A stretch of 64,000 bases of DNA from Candidatus Izemoplasmatales bacterium (lineage in GTDB: Bacteria > Bacillota_I > Bacilli_A > Izemoplasmatales > Hujiaoplasmataceae). The number at the start of each line of letters is the position of its first letter. Position 1 is the stretch's first letter. Location: assembly GCA_050177605.1 (NCBI GenBank), contig JBFXGX010000005.1:22047-86046 (forward strand). Direction: 5' to 3'. Below, one piece after another: positions 9,603 to 18,966 of this stretch. Position numbers and translations under genes: made by a program. Under the pieces are notes generated by a model. That model ran no database searches and was not told the origin of the DNA. It saw only the letters and a list, made by a program, of their open reading frames with translations.

Positions 9603-10352
9603 TTACTTAATTTTAAGGTATTTTTCGAAATATAACGACATTGTTTCCTTCGATACATTGTAGTCAATTTGGCGATTTATCGTTACACTAACATGTCCTG
9701 TCTCTTCAGATACTACAATCGTTAATGCATCGCTTTGCTCGCTAATTCCAATTGCGGCGCGATGTCTAGTTCCAAATTGAAGCGGTAAGTCGGTTCTTTC
9801 CGTAGAGGGATAATAAGCTTTTGCACAAAGGATATTTCCTTCTCGAATAATTACGGCTCCATCATGAAGTGGCGTAGTAGGAATGAAAATCGAAGCAAGT
9901 AATTCTGAAGTCACTGGGGCATTAATCATCAACGCCTTTGAAATAAATGCAGATAAATTAATATTTCTTTCGATTGTAATCAATGCACCAATTTTACGGT
10001 TGGCAAGAAACTCGATTGTATCCAATAACTTATCAGCTAAATCATTATCCGTTTGGTTTTTTTGTCCCTTTTTGTGAAAAAAACCAATTCTCTTTAATAG
10101 CGTATGTAATTCATTCACATAGGTTGCAAAAACCATATAAAGTGCAGGAACAAGGACAACAATCTCGGTCGCAAGTGTAAGTCCAGTACCTGGGTTCATA
10201 ACAAATAAAACAATATCAAGCGCAAATAAAGCAAGTAATAATCCTTTAAAAATTCGGATTGATTTGTGTGATATTTTAGCTCTTAAAACGATGACATAGA
10301 TTGCAAACAAATAGGTAGCAGATACGCTTAAAATAAAATTATCCATTCTCAA
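9603..10352 (-). CDS. cdaA: Diadenylate cyclase (c-di-AMP synthase, CdaA/DacA type)
   Basis: 3 N-terminal TM helices; GALITIER, PLHDGAVII, GTRHRAAIG, VVSEETG. Confidence 0.93.
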   Translation of the reverse strand: MRMDNFILSVSATYLFAIYVIVLRAKISHKSIRIFKGLLLALFALDIVLFVMNPGTGLTLATEIVVLVPALYMVFATYVNELHTLLKRIGFFHKKGQKNQTDNDLADKLLDTIEFLANRKIGALITIERNINLSAFISKALMINAPVTSELLASIFIPTTPLHDGAVIIREGNILCAKAYYPSTERTDLPLQFGTRHRAAIGISEQSDALTIVVSEETGHVSVTINRQIDYNVSKETMSLYFEKYLKIK

Positions 10353-10432
10353 ACCTTCTTTCTTAAAGAATTATTCTTTGATATTTCTATTATACAAAAA
10401 GAACTATTGAATATAAAGTGTTTATCAAAAAA

Positions 10433-10888
10433 TTAACTCATTTTAATATCTGTTTTTTTAAATACAAAATCAAGTGCAAAATAAGCAATTGGAATTAATA
10501 ATGCTGAAGCCATAAATGGCGCAACTGCAGATAAATAAGGATGTAAATCATAATTTGCATGAAGCAAACTCACCATCATGTAATTAAACAGAAGCGCTAA
10601 ACCGTTACTGGTCATCAAGCGAACGAAATAAACCGCCATGATAACTGAAAACTGTGTTGCATTTCTGTTTTTTGGCTTGAACGTGATAATTGCATTCATA
10701 AAGTAAGAAAATACTGAAGCAACGATAAACGCAACCGTGTTAGACCAAAAAACACCCGCATGAATTACATGAAAAAATAGTTGATATACCGCTAAATCGA
10801 TAACTGTATTTAATACACCAATAATACCAAAAGTAAGAAATTTCTTGGTCAAAAAATTCTTAACAACAAATTGCCACAACTTACGCAA
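10433..10888 (-). CDS. GtrA family lipid-linked sugar flippase
   Basis: FLTFGIIGVLNTVID, SNTVAF...FSYFMNAIITF, 4 TM; probable TTG start at 10888 with GGAGG (ORF open to 10915). Confidence 0.88.
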   Translation of the reverse strand: MRKLWQFVVKNFLTKKFLTFGIIGVLNTVIDLAVYQLFFHVIHAGVFWSNTVAFIVASVFSYFMNAIITFKPKNRNATQFSVIMAVYFVRLMTSNGLALLFNYMMVSLLHANYDLHPYLSAVAPFMASALLIPIAYFALDFVFKKTDIKMS

Positions 10889-11807
10889 GAGTAGAGTCCT
10901 CCGATGATTCTTCAATTAAGTAAATAGGTCGGTTGAGTAGTTGTCTTCTCATTTGATATAGCAAATAAAATATAGCGTATGTAGAAATGCCTAACACAAA
11001 CACGACCACGAATAAATATAGCCCCAAGATAAATTCTGATAGTGACAAAACACTAAAAGCGAACAATAATGCATCGCTGACTAATAAAAGCACACTGGTG
11101 AGTAACACTAAGATAGGTACAATCATCAATATCGTAGAAAATTGATTCATACCATTAAAAGCATATCTTAATAGAGATTTAAAACTCCATGAACTTTTAC
11201 CATTTAGTCTTGGAATAAAATCATATTCCAAACATTTTCTTTTATAGCCGACCCATGAGAATATCCCTTTTACAAAGCGGTAATTATCGTTTAATTTCAA
11301 GAATGCTTCCACAACGACTTTATCGAGCAATTGATAATCTTTTGCGCCATTATCGAGTGGCATATCTGAATGAGCATTATAAATTCTATAAAACCAATTT
11401 GCAAAAAAAGTTCTTAACTTTGGTTCCCCTTTTCTGGTTTTTCCTTTGGTGTAAACAATTTTGTATCCCTCTTCATAATAGGATAACATTTCAGGAATCA
11501 ATGATGGTGGTTGTTGGAGATCGCAATCAATCATAATAACGGCATCACTATCTTTTGATTCCATTAACCCCGCATGCATCGCACTTTCTTTTCCAAAATT
11601 ACGAGAAAAACTAATATATCGGACTTTTTTATCGAGTTCATGTAGTTTTTTCATTTCACCAAGGGTATCATCCTTCGATCCGTCATTTACATACAAAAGT
11701 TCAAACTCATAATTAGGATGATTGATATATTTTGAAACTTCATCATAAAAAGGTCGAACATTTTTCTCTTCATTAAAGGACGGAATGATGATCGTTATTT
11801 TCTTCAT
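10881..11807 (-). CDS. GT2 polyprenyl-phosphate glycosyltransferase (GtrB/CsbB-like)
   Basis: IIPSFNEE, VNDGSKD, SRNFGKE, IDCDLQ, 2 C-terminal TM, RPIYLI. Confidence 0.93.
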   Translation of the reverse strand: MKKITIIIPSFNEEKNVRPFYDEVSKYINHPNYEFELLYVNDGSKDDTLGEMKKLHELDKKVRYISFSRNFGKESAMHAGLMESKDSDAVIMIDCDLQQPPSLIPEMLSYYEEGYKIVYTKGKTRKGEPKLRTFFANWFYRIYNAHSDMPLDNGAKDYQLLDKVVVEAFLKLNDNYRFVKGIFSWVGYKRKCLEYDFIPRLNGKSSWSFKSLLRYAFNGMNQFSTILMIVPILVLLTSVLLLVSDALLFAFSVLSLSEFILGLYLFVVVFVLGISTYAIFYLLYQMRRQLLNRPIYLIEESSEDSTLA

Positions 11808-14800
11808 TTAAACTCAACTCCAACTCTTTCTTTTTCTTATTTTTTTTGATTACAAAACTAGGAACAAAAATAGCTAAATAAACCAAACTACCCGCAAGAG
11901 TACCATAGATTCCATAGGTTAATCCTTTTGGATGGAAAACAAATGTAACATCAATTGATGTTTCGCCATAAGGAATAATAATTCCTAAAAATCCACCACT
12001 TGCTGAGACTGTTTCATATTTTGTTTCAGAAGTAATCGTCCATTCTTCCGAATAAGCAACTGGTATAACAACGATTTGATCTAGCGTGCTTTCACTTATT
12101 CTATCATAATGCAAGGTGATTTTTCCACCTTCAATTGTTAAAGATTGATTATCCGCAAGATTAGAAACCGCATTTTCCTCATAAAAACTTAAATCATCAT
12201 AAGCATACTTCAGACTGAATAAGAACAAATCTGATTGTTCGTACATTTTCGATGTTTTATAGATATACATCTTACTTGGTGTCTCATTGAAATAATAATA
12301 CCCATTAAAACATTCTGTTTCATTGCCAAAGCTATCTTCTACAAAAACACGATCGAAATCAATGGATGAAGATAAACTAAAATATAACATACCTTCTGTG
12401 CTTGTGTAATTAATTCCACTTAAGTCATAAACCAAATATGCAGCACCATCAATTGCGCGCTCCATGCGGTACTCTAATACTTTATTGGAATTAAATAAAG
12501 TTGTTTGTTCGAAATAGATTGCGGTAGGTTCGTTCCAAAACTCACACTTTACTTGATGAGAAGTTCCGCTGGATATGGTACAACTAGATCTACTTCCATC
12601 CTCAAACTCCATAAATACTTCACCATAAGCATCAACAGTTAAATAGTGTGACTTTAGATAAATCGCACCCGTACTAAATCCAATACGAATATCATCGTTA
12701 GAATATTTGAAAAATGTTCTTACAGAAGAATCTACAACACCGGTTGTCGTTACAGCTTCTGCGTCACTTATGGTTTGATAGGACGTAATGCTTCTTAAAT
12801 TAACTTCATTGGACACAGAATCATGCGTTAAGTTAATGTCGGAAAAGTCAAATCTTTCATCCTCGAAATCTAATAGAACATCAACCAACAATAACTTTTG
12901 TCCAGCTATTTTGGTATTAATCGTTGCGAATGTCTTATATTCACTGTAATTTAAATAAGACTCATATACACTAAATGGTTCTGCTTTGACGATTTCATAT
13001 AATTGAAACTGTTCATTTTCGTCAATCAAAGTATAAAAACTATCTGGAAGATAATAATTATAGTCATGGTTCACAAGGATATATTTATAACCAAGGAATT
13101 GATTTAAATAAATCGCCTGAATTTCAAGTTTCGATTTTGATTGATATTCACTTGATCCAAATAACAAGTAACTAATCATATTTGTTTCACTATCTGTCCA
13201 CGAGTGGAAGATTTGAGTATTTGTTGGAAAAGTTGTCATTCGATTGAAATTCAAATCTTCCACATCAAATCGACTTAAATCCACATATACGCGATAAAAC
13301 TCATCATGATCTAAAACTTCATTTAAATATTCATTAATCGAGTGCATTTCATCAAATGTATCAATTTTATTTCGAATCGCAAATGGACCAGAATAAATGT
13401 AAACAATCGCGACTATAAACTCAATCCAAAAAATAGTTTTAATTACTTTGTGTTTTTTTAACCATCCAAACACTAAAATCAAAATCAAAATAAGACCAGC
13501 AACTCCCATCAGGACGGTATCTGCGGTCATTACATCGCGAGAGATATAACTTGTATTGGCCTCAAAAGTTGCGGATAGACTACTTCGAATAATCTCCCAA
13601 TAATCTGGGCTAAGATAATCTGCGGTTGATGTTAGTCTTGTAATATAATAATGCATCACAAATCCGTCAAGCATTAACAAAATAACAATCGGAATGGTTA
13701 AAAACTTCATTTTCACTTTTTCGAAACCATATTCATTAAATACGTGAGCTAAGATCATTGCCTCAACAAGCGGGAAGGTATTAATCCATCTTGTATATGG
13801 TGAATCGGTCGTTCCTGAGAAGACAAAAGAGAAAATAGGTAGAATAATGAGAACTAAACTGAAAGGAATCAAGAACTTGTATACTCTAGCGACTCTTCCC
13901 TTCATAAACCAAATATAATTCATGTAAACAAATCCAACCACAGTAATAAAAAGCGAAATATGTTCTTGCCCGTAATTGTTTTCAAAGCCATAAAATCCAA
14001 TTGGTTTTTGCTCGGTAAATATTTTGGCGATTACTCGCAAATAGATGGTTGGTTGGAATAACTTAAGTTCATACCCGTGAATCGTCACTAACCAATAATC
14101 AAAATATCCTTCTGGTCGATATGTATCTTCGATAATAAACAGAATGGATGGATATAAAATAACAAGTGCCATTAAAACGCCAAGTAACAAAAGAAGTAAG
14201 AAAATCAGTCCATCTAGCACAAACTTAAAGAACTTAAAATTGGGTTCCTTAAAGTATTCCACAATGAACATAATACTGACAAATGCAAGCGCCATGTACC
14301 CTAAATAAAAGTCATAAAATACAAGTGCCATCGCAAAAAGTGGGACAATCCACCTTTTTTTATGGAAAAAGAAATGAACAACGACTAACCCTAAAGGAAG
14401 ATAAAACGCTAAGGATAAAAACACAGGGAACGCCATAAAACTGACAGAGCCTCCACTGATGAAATAAACAATCCCCATCCAAAAAATCGTTCTGTTTTTC
14501 ATTCCTTTTAGGTTGAGATAATAAGCGAAAATCATCACACCGGCAAATATTTTTATGAGTTCTGTAGCGGAATATGCAATTTCAACTGGCATAATGTACG
14601 ATAAAACAAAAGTAATGAATGTAAACACATCAAGAGGAACGTAATAAATGTCGGAAAAGAACGATGCACCTAAGTAATTATTTAAATTAAACCACGATAA
14701 AGATCCATCTTTTACAGAAGTGATAAAATCATTGATAATTGCATAATATTGGATAACATCATCAGAAAAGTTATTGTAAAAACTATTATTGATTAGCATA

Positions 14801-14955
14801 ATTGCTGCATCAATTGTGAAAAGGACTAAGAAGACAAAAACCGCTAAAAAAAGAAATGTTTTCTTTCGACTACTAAAAACATCCTCTATAAACAGCTGGA
14901 ATTTAGTTTGAATGTGTTTTATTCCTTCTTTTAGCTTCAATATCTTAGTTTTCAT
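11773..14955 (-). CDS. YfhO-family GT-C integral membrane glycosyltransferase
   Basis: DDVIQY after TM1, WFNLNNYLGASF, many TM helices, C-terminal IPVAYSEEW...GFLGI...FHPKGL; ATG 14955 has SD GAGGT. Confidence 0.85.
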   Translation of the reverse strand: MKTKILKLKEGIKHIQTKFQLFIEDVFSSRKKTFLFLAVFVFLVLFTIDAAIMLINNSFYNNFSDDVIQYYAIINDFITSVKDGSLSWFNLNNYLGASFFSDIYYVPLDVFTFITFVLSYIMPVEIAYSATELIKIFAGVMIFAYYLNLKGMKNRTIFWMGIVYFISGGSVSFMAFPVFLSLAFYLPLGLVVVHFFFHKKRWIVPLFAMALVFYDFYLGYMALAFVSIMFIVEYFKEPNFKFFKFVLDGLIFLLLLLLGVLMALVILYPSILFIIEDTYRPEGYFDYWLVTIHGYELKLFQPTIYLRVIAKIFTEQKPIGFYGFENNYGQEHISLFITVVGFVYMNYIWFMKGRVARVYKFLIPFSLVLIILPIFSFVFSGTTDSPYTRWINTFPLVEAMILAHVFNEYGFEKVKMKFLTIPIVILLMLDGFVMHYYITRLTSTADYLSPDYWEIIRSSLSATFEANTSYISRDVMTADTVLMGVAGLILILILVFGWLKKHKVIKTIFWIEFIVAIVYIYSGPFAIRNKIDTFDEMHSINEYLNEVLDHDEFYRVYVDLSRFDVEDLNFNRMTTFPTNTQIFHSWTDSETNMISYLLFGSSEYQSKSKLEIQAIYLNQFLGYKYILVNHDYNYYLPDSFYTLIDENEQFQLYEIVKAEPFSVYESYLNYSEYKTFATINTKIAGQKLLLVDVLLDFEDERFDFSDINLTHDSVSNEVNLRSITSYQTISDAEAVTTTGVVDSSVRTFFKYSNDDIRIGFSTGAIYLKSHYLTVDAYGEVFMEFEDGSRSSCTISSGTSHQVKCEFWNEPTAIYFEQTTLFNSNKVLEYRMERAIDGAAYLVYDLSGINYTSTEGMLYFSLSSSIDFDRVFVEDSFGNETECFNGYYYFNETPSKMYIYKTSKMYEQSDLFLFSLKYAYDDLSFYEENAVSNLADNQSLTIEGGKITLHYDRISESTLDQIVVIPVAYSEEWTITSETKYETVSASGGFLGIIIPYGETSIDVTFVFHPKGLTYGIYGTLAGSLVYLAIFVPSFVIKKNKKKKELELSLNEENNDHHSVL

Positions 14956-15110
14956 ATACAACCTCATTAAAATATAATGGCTGTTTTATTATAACATAAA
15001 ACAAGGTACGAAGAGTCGATGATTTTTTAAAAGCCGCAATTTAATAAATGAATGATAACTAATCGCTATATAGACTAAATATCTAAAGCCAGATAACAAA
15101 ATAATCGATT

Positions 15111-15187
15111 ATTCCCTTACGGTAATTTTTTAATATTATTTAATTGAAAACGCCTGAATAGGTAGTATAATATTACCGAGAGGTAAA
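15111..15187 (+). promoter_or_regulatory. Sigma-A promoter of hipB-hipA/hflX with two putative HipB operators
   Basis: TTGAAA 15144-49, TATAAT 15166-71; palindromes TTCCC-TTAC-GGTAA (15112-25) and TTACC-GAGA-GGTAA (15173-86). Confidence 0.7.
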
Positions 15188-15190
15188 AAA

Positions 15191-15394
15191 ATGAACGCAA
15201 AAGAATTTGGAAAGATAATTCAAGATAAAAGAAAACAAATTGGCATAACACAAAAGTATTTAGCGGCTATTTCAAATACAGGAATCCGATTTATAAGCGA
15301 TTTGGAAAACGGGAAGCCGACAGTACAACTTGATAAAGCTTTTATCGTGGCAAAAACATTAAACATTGAAATTAGAATGATTAGTCATGAATAG
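15191..15394 (+). CDS. hipB: HipB-like XRE/Cro HTH antitoxin (y4mF type)
   Basis: RKQIGITQKYLA...GIRFISDLENGKPTVQLDK; overlaps the hipA start. Confidence 0.88.
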   Translation: MNAKEFGKIIQDKRKQIGITQKYLAAISNTGIRFISDLENGKPTVQLDKAFIVAKTLNIEIRMISHE

Positions 15395-17855
15395 AGTGCT
15401 GAAAGTCTATCTATATAACACATATATCGGTGATCTTATTGAAAAAAACGGTAAAAATCTCGATTTTTTGTATTTAGATACTGCAGAATACCCCATTTCT
15501 ATTGCTATGCCAATTCAACGTGAGAAATATCATAACAATATTGTAAAACCATTTTTTGAGAACTTACTGCCTGAAGGAGATTTACTTAAGGCGATTGCGA
15601 GCACATACCGTGTTTCTGTAAACAATCCTTTTTCTTTACTTGAGATGATTGGCGAGGATTGTGCTGGGGCAATCAGTCTATCCAATGAACCTATAACAGA
15701 AAAATTATCCAAACACCTTTCAAAAAACGAATTCGTTCAATTATTAACAATTAATTCAAGTAGTGAATTATATTACCGAAAGGAAATGCGCTTGTCTTTA
15801 GCTGGAGCTCAAAATAAGACAGCAATCATTATTAACGATAATGAATACTATATTCCTAACATTACTCATCCGTCGACACATATCATAAAATATGATAATA
15901 AATTCTACTCGGACATTCTACTAAATGAATATTTTGTGACTTCATTAGCAAAAAGCGTAAAGTTGCCTACATCAGAAATTGAATTAAAACGAGTTGATAA
16001 ACTTGAGTATCTCCAAATCAAAAGATATGATAGATTATGTTATGGTACAACGGTTTCGAGGATCCATCAAGAAGATTTTTGCCAGATACTAAGCATCTTA
16101 TCTTCTAATAAATACCAATCTGAAGGTGGCGTAGGGCTGAATAAGATTGTAAGTGTCATTCGTGAATATTCTAGCGTTTCCGCTAGTGATATAGTTTTAC
16201 TTGCAAAAGTGGTGGTCTTTAATTTGCTTGTTGGCAACTGCGATTATCATGGGAAAAACCTATCGATGCTCCACCTTGATAATAACAAGTATCAATTATC
16301 TCCGTTTTATGACTTAGTTTCAACAGTTGTCTATCCAAATATGTCAAAGAAAATTGCAATGTCTATCAATAAAAAATATTCTATCGATGAAATATCCAAA
16401 AATGACATTATCAAGGAATTTAATTCTTGGGGTATTAAGGGAGAACAAATTTTATCACTGATCATGACTGATTTTAAACAAATTGCAAATCAGGCAAGAC
16501 AATTATCAAAGCAACCTAGTTTTTTTTCTAATACCAATATCGTCGATAAAATAATCGAATTTTTAGAACAACAATATCATAAATTTTCCCAAAAAAGAGA
16601 AGCAGGTGTAACTATGGAAAAAGCAATTTTAATCGGTCTAGATACCGGAACAGACGTGAATTTTAAAGAATCAATCCTGGAATTAGAGAACTTAGCAGAA
16701 GCCTGCAATGTTGACGTTATCGGAAAAACATTTCAAAAAGCAGACTCGCCAACCGCGAATTATTATGTTGGTTCAGGAAAAGTACAAGAAATCAAAGAAT
16801 TAATAGCAACCCTCGACGCTAATCTCGTCATTTTTAATGATGAGCTCAGTCCATCTCATATCCGAAATTTAGAAAAAGCTCTCGATTGTAAAGTGATTGA
16901 CCGCACAATTCTTATTTTAGATATATTCGCTCGTAGAGCAAAAACCAAAGAAGCCATGCTTCAAGTTGAACTTGCACAATCTGAGTACATGCTTCCTCGT
17001 GTCGTTGGAATGTATTCATCTCTTTCAAGACAAAAAAGTGGAACTGGATCAAAAGGACCTGGTGAACAACAATTAGAACTTGATCGTCGGTTGTTAAGGT
17101 CAAGAATAACGAAACTAAAACACGAACTCAAAGATATCGTAGAAATCAGACGAACTCAACGAGAAAAAAGAAAAAAATCTGAAGTGAAGACGGTTGCTTT
17201 GACAGGATACACAAACTCAGGCAAATCAACTTTGATGAATTCTCTACTTAATTTTTCGGTCGTCAATCAAGAAAAATATGTGTTTGAAAAGAACATGTTA
17301 TTCGCAACACTAGAAACACAAACAAGAAACATTACCCTTGAGAACAATCACCAATTCTTAATAACAGATACCGTAGGGTTTATTTCAAAACTGCCTCATC
17401 ATTTGGTAGAAGCATTTAAATCCACCCTAGAAGAAATCAAAGAAGCATCGCTCATCTTACATGTTATCGACACTGCAAACCCTTATTATTTAGATCAGAT
17501 ATCTGTTGTCGAACAAGTTCTTCAAGATATAGGTGTAAAAGATGTACCTATCATTTATGTTTTTAATAAAATAGACTTACTTACTGATATTCCTGTTATA
17601 GAGTACCATCCTTATGTTTTTGTAAGTGCGCTAGAAAAACAGCATTTAAACATTTTAATTGAAGAAATTGAAAAGATTCTTTATTCTTCAAATCATCGTG
17701 TAAAAATGTTATTGCCATTTACAAAAGGTGATATCTACAATCTATTAAAAGAAAATGCAAATATTATTGAAACTAACTACACCGATGAAGGCATTCAAGT
17801 TGATGTTGAATTAAGTGATGTGTACTATCATAAATTTGAAGAATATATTGAATAA
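15387..17855 (+). CDS. In-frame HipA-family Ser/Thr kinase toxin (aa 1-~401) - HflX GTPase (aa 410-822) fusion ORF
   Basis: HipA: PFFENLLPEG, IGEDCAGA, RLSLAGAQNK, THIIK, RYDR, HQEDFCQ, GNCDYHGKN, LSPFYDLVST; no stop before the HflX part. Confidence 0.88.
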   Translation: MNRVLKVYLYNTYIGDLIEKNGKNLDFLYLDTAEYPISIAMPIQREKYHNNIVKPFFENLLPEGDLLKAIASTYRVSVNNPFSLLEMIGEDCAGAISLSNEPITEKLSKHLSKNEFVQLLTINSSSELYYRKEMRLSLAGAQNKTAIIINDNEYYIPNITHPSTHIIKYDNKFYSDILLNEYFVTSLAKSVKLPTSEIELKRVDKLEYLQIKRYDRLCYGTTVSRIHQEDFCQILSILSSNKYQSEGGVGLNKIVSVIREYSSVSASDIVLLAKVVVFNLLVGNCDYHGKNLSMLHLDNNKYQLSPFYDLVSTVVYPNMSKKIAMSINKKYSIDEISKNDIIKEFNSWGIKGEQILSLIMTDFKQIANQARQLSKQPSFFSNTNIVDKIIEFLEQQYHKFSQKREAGVTMEKAILIGLDTGTDVNFKESILELENLAEACNVDVIGKTFQKADSPTANYYVGSGKVQEIKELIATLDANLVIFNDELSPSHIRNLEKALDCKVIDRTILILDIFARRAKTKEAMLQVELAQSEYMLPRVVGMYSSLSRQKSGTGSKGPGEQQLELDRRLLRSRITKLKHELKDIVEIRRTQREKRKKSEVKTVALTGYTNSGKSTLMNSLLNFSVVNQEKYVFEKNMLFATLETQTRNITLENNHQFLITDTVGFISKLPHHLVEAFKSTLEEIKEASLILHVIDTANPYYLDQISVVEQVLQDIGVKDVPIIYVFNKIDLLTDIPVIEYHPYVFVSALEKQHLNILIEEIEKILYSSNHRVKMLLPFTKGDIYNLLKENANIIETNYTDEGIQVDVELSDVYYHKFEEYIE
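16614..17855 (+). CDS. hflX: Ribosome-splitting GTPase HflX (internal start inside the fusion ORF)
   Basis: SD-like GCAGGTG then ATG 16614 (MEKAILIG); DRTILILDIFARRA, GPGEQQLE, G1 GYTNSGKS, G2 LFATLET, G3 DTVG, G4 NKID. Confidence 0.9.
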   Translation: MEKAILIGLDTGTDVNFKESILELENLAEACNVDVIGKTFQKADSPTANYYVGSGKVQEIKELIATLDANLVIFNDELSPSHIRNLEKALDCKVIDRTILILDIFARRAKTKEAMLQVELAQSEYMLPRVVGMYSSLSRQKSGTGSKGPGEQQLELDRRLLRSRITKLKHELKDIVEIRRTQREKRKKSEVKTVALTGYTNSGKSTLMNSLLNFSVVNQEKYVFEKNMLFATLETQTRNITLENNHQFLITDTVGFISKLPHHLVEAFKSTLEEIKEASLILHVIDTANPYYLDQISVVEQVLQDIGVKDVPIIYVFNKIDLLTDIPVIEYHPYVFVSALEKQHLNILIEEIEKILYSSNHRVKMLLPFTKGDIYNLLKENANIIETNYTDEGIQVDVELSDVYYHKFEEYIE

Positions 17856-17886
17856 AAAAAGTTCACAAATTGTGAACTTTTTTATT
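17852..17886. terminator. Bidirectional terminator between hflX and dusB
   Basis: AAAAAAGTTCACA-AAT-TGTGAACTTTTTT. Confidence 0.85.
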
Positions 17887-18859
17887 CATTTAACGCATCA
17901 AAAAAATCATCAATAATCTTTATAACTTCCTCAACTGTTTTTGCGGAAGCTAAAGACGTTTTAGCAGAAGTCGCGTTTTTTAGCCCTTTTAGATACCAAG
18001 GTCCATGGCTTCTCATTTCTAAACAAGCAATCTTTTCACCTTTTAAATCGACAAGATAACTCAGATGTTTTAACATCAGTTCTTTCACTTCTAAAGGCGT
18101 AACCGAACTAATTTCCTCTTTCTTTTCTAAGAATAAAACGAGTTCCTTTATTAGCCAAGGATTCCCTAGCAACCCTCTACCAATCATCACTGCGTCACAA
18201 CCAGTTTCTTCTAACATACGAAGTGCATCTTCTTTTGTTCGAATATCTCCATTCCCAATCACAGGAATTTTTACCGTTTCTTTAATTGCTTTGATAATTG
18301 ACCAATCCGCTTGTCCTGAATACATTTGTGACCTAGTTCTTGGGTGAACAGCGATGGCACTTACACCTGCTTTTTCCAATATCTTCGCAACTTCAATCGC
18401 ATTAATTGAAGAATGGTCCCAACCAGACCGTATCTTAACTGTTACAGGTTTTTTTACAGCGTTTACTACCGCACTCACCAACCTGTAAATATGCTCAGGA
18501 TTTTGAAGTAAAGCTGATCCCGCACCTGCCTTTACCACTTTTTGAACCGGACACCCCATATTGATATCAATGATGTCTGCGCTTGTATATTGATCGATGT
18601 ACTTCGCAGCTTCGACCATACTGTCAATATCACTTCCAAATAATTGAAGTGCTATTGGGTGTTCGTCTTCACCGATTTCAAGCATATCTAATGTTTTATG
18701 ATTATTATGACCTAGTCCCTTATCAGAAACCATTTCAGTATAGATTAGCCCTGTCCCAAAATCTTTCAATATTTGTCTGTAAGCAATATTTGTAACACCT
18801 GCCATTGGCGCCACAACAACTTGATTTTGGATGACTAAATCCTTGATTTTCCATTCCAT
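17882..18859 (-). CDS. dusB: tRNA-dihydrouridine synthase B
   Basis: [43 protein letters not shown]. Confidence 0.95.
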   Translation of the reverse strand: MEWKIKDLVIQNQVVVAPMAGVTNIAYRQILKDFGTGLIYTEMVSDKGLGHNNHKTLDMLEIGEDEHPIALQLFGSDIDSMVEAAKYIDQYTSADIIDINMGCPVQKVVKAGAGSALLQNPEHIYRLVSAVVNAVKKPVTVKIRSGWDHSSINAIEVAKILEKAGVSAIAVHPRTRSQMYSGQADWSIIKAIKETVKIPVIGNGDIRTKEDALRMLEETGCDAVMIGRGLLGNPWLIKELVLFLEKKEEISSVTPLEVKELMLKHLSYLVDLKGEKIACLEMRSHGPWYLKGLKNATSAKTSLASAKTVEEVIKIIDDFFDALNE

Positions 18860-18966
18860 AGTATCAAAACCTTTCGCCTATTCATTATATCGTAAAATAA
18901 GCCAAAAAACAAAACAATATGAATTTGAAATGAATATGATATAATAGTCCACGAGGAAGTGAACAA

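Noticed and set aside
15098..16558. 11-bp direct repeat AAAATAATCGA at 15098 and 16548, roughly flanking hipBA (possible insertion scar)
   Set aside because: It is AT-rich, and the second copy is inside the plausible C-terminal helix of HipA. No integrase or transposase is nearby, so chance is likely.
18860..18966. CIRCE or CtsR heat-shock operator upstream of hslO
   Set aside because: I found no TTAGCACTC-N9-GAGTGCTAA or clear CtsR repeat, only an extended -10.
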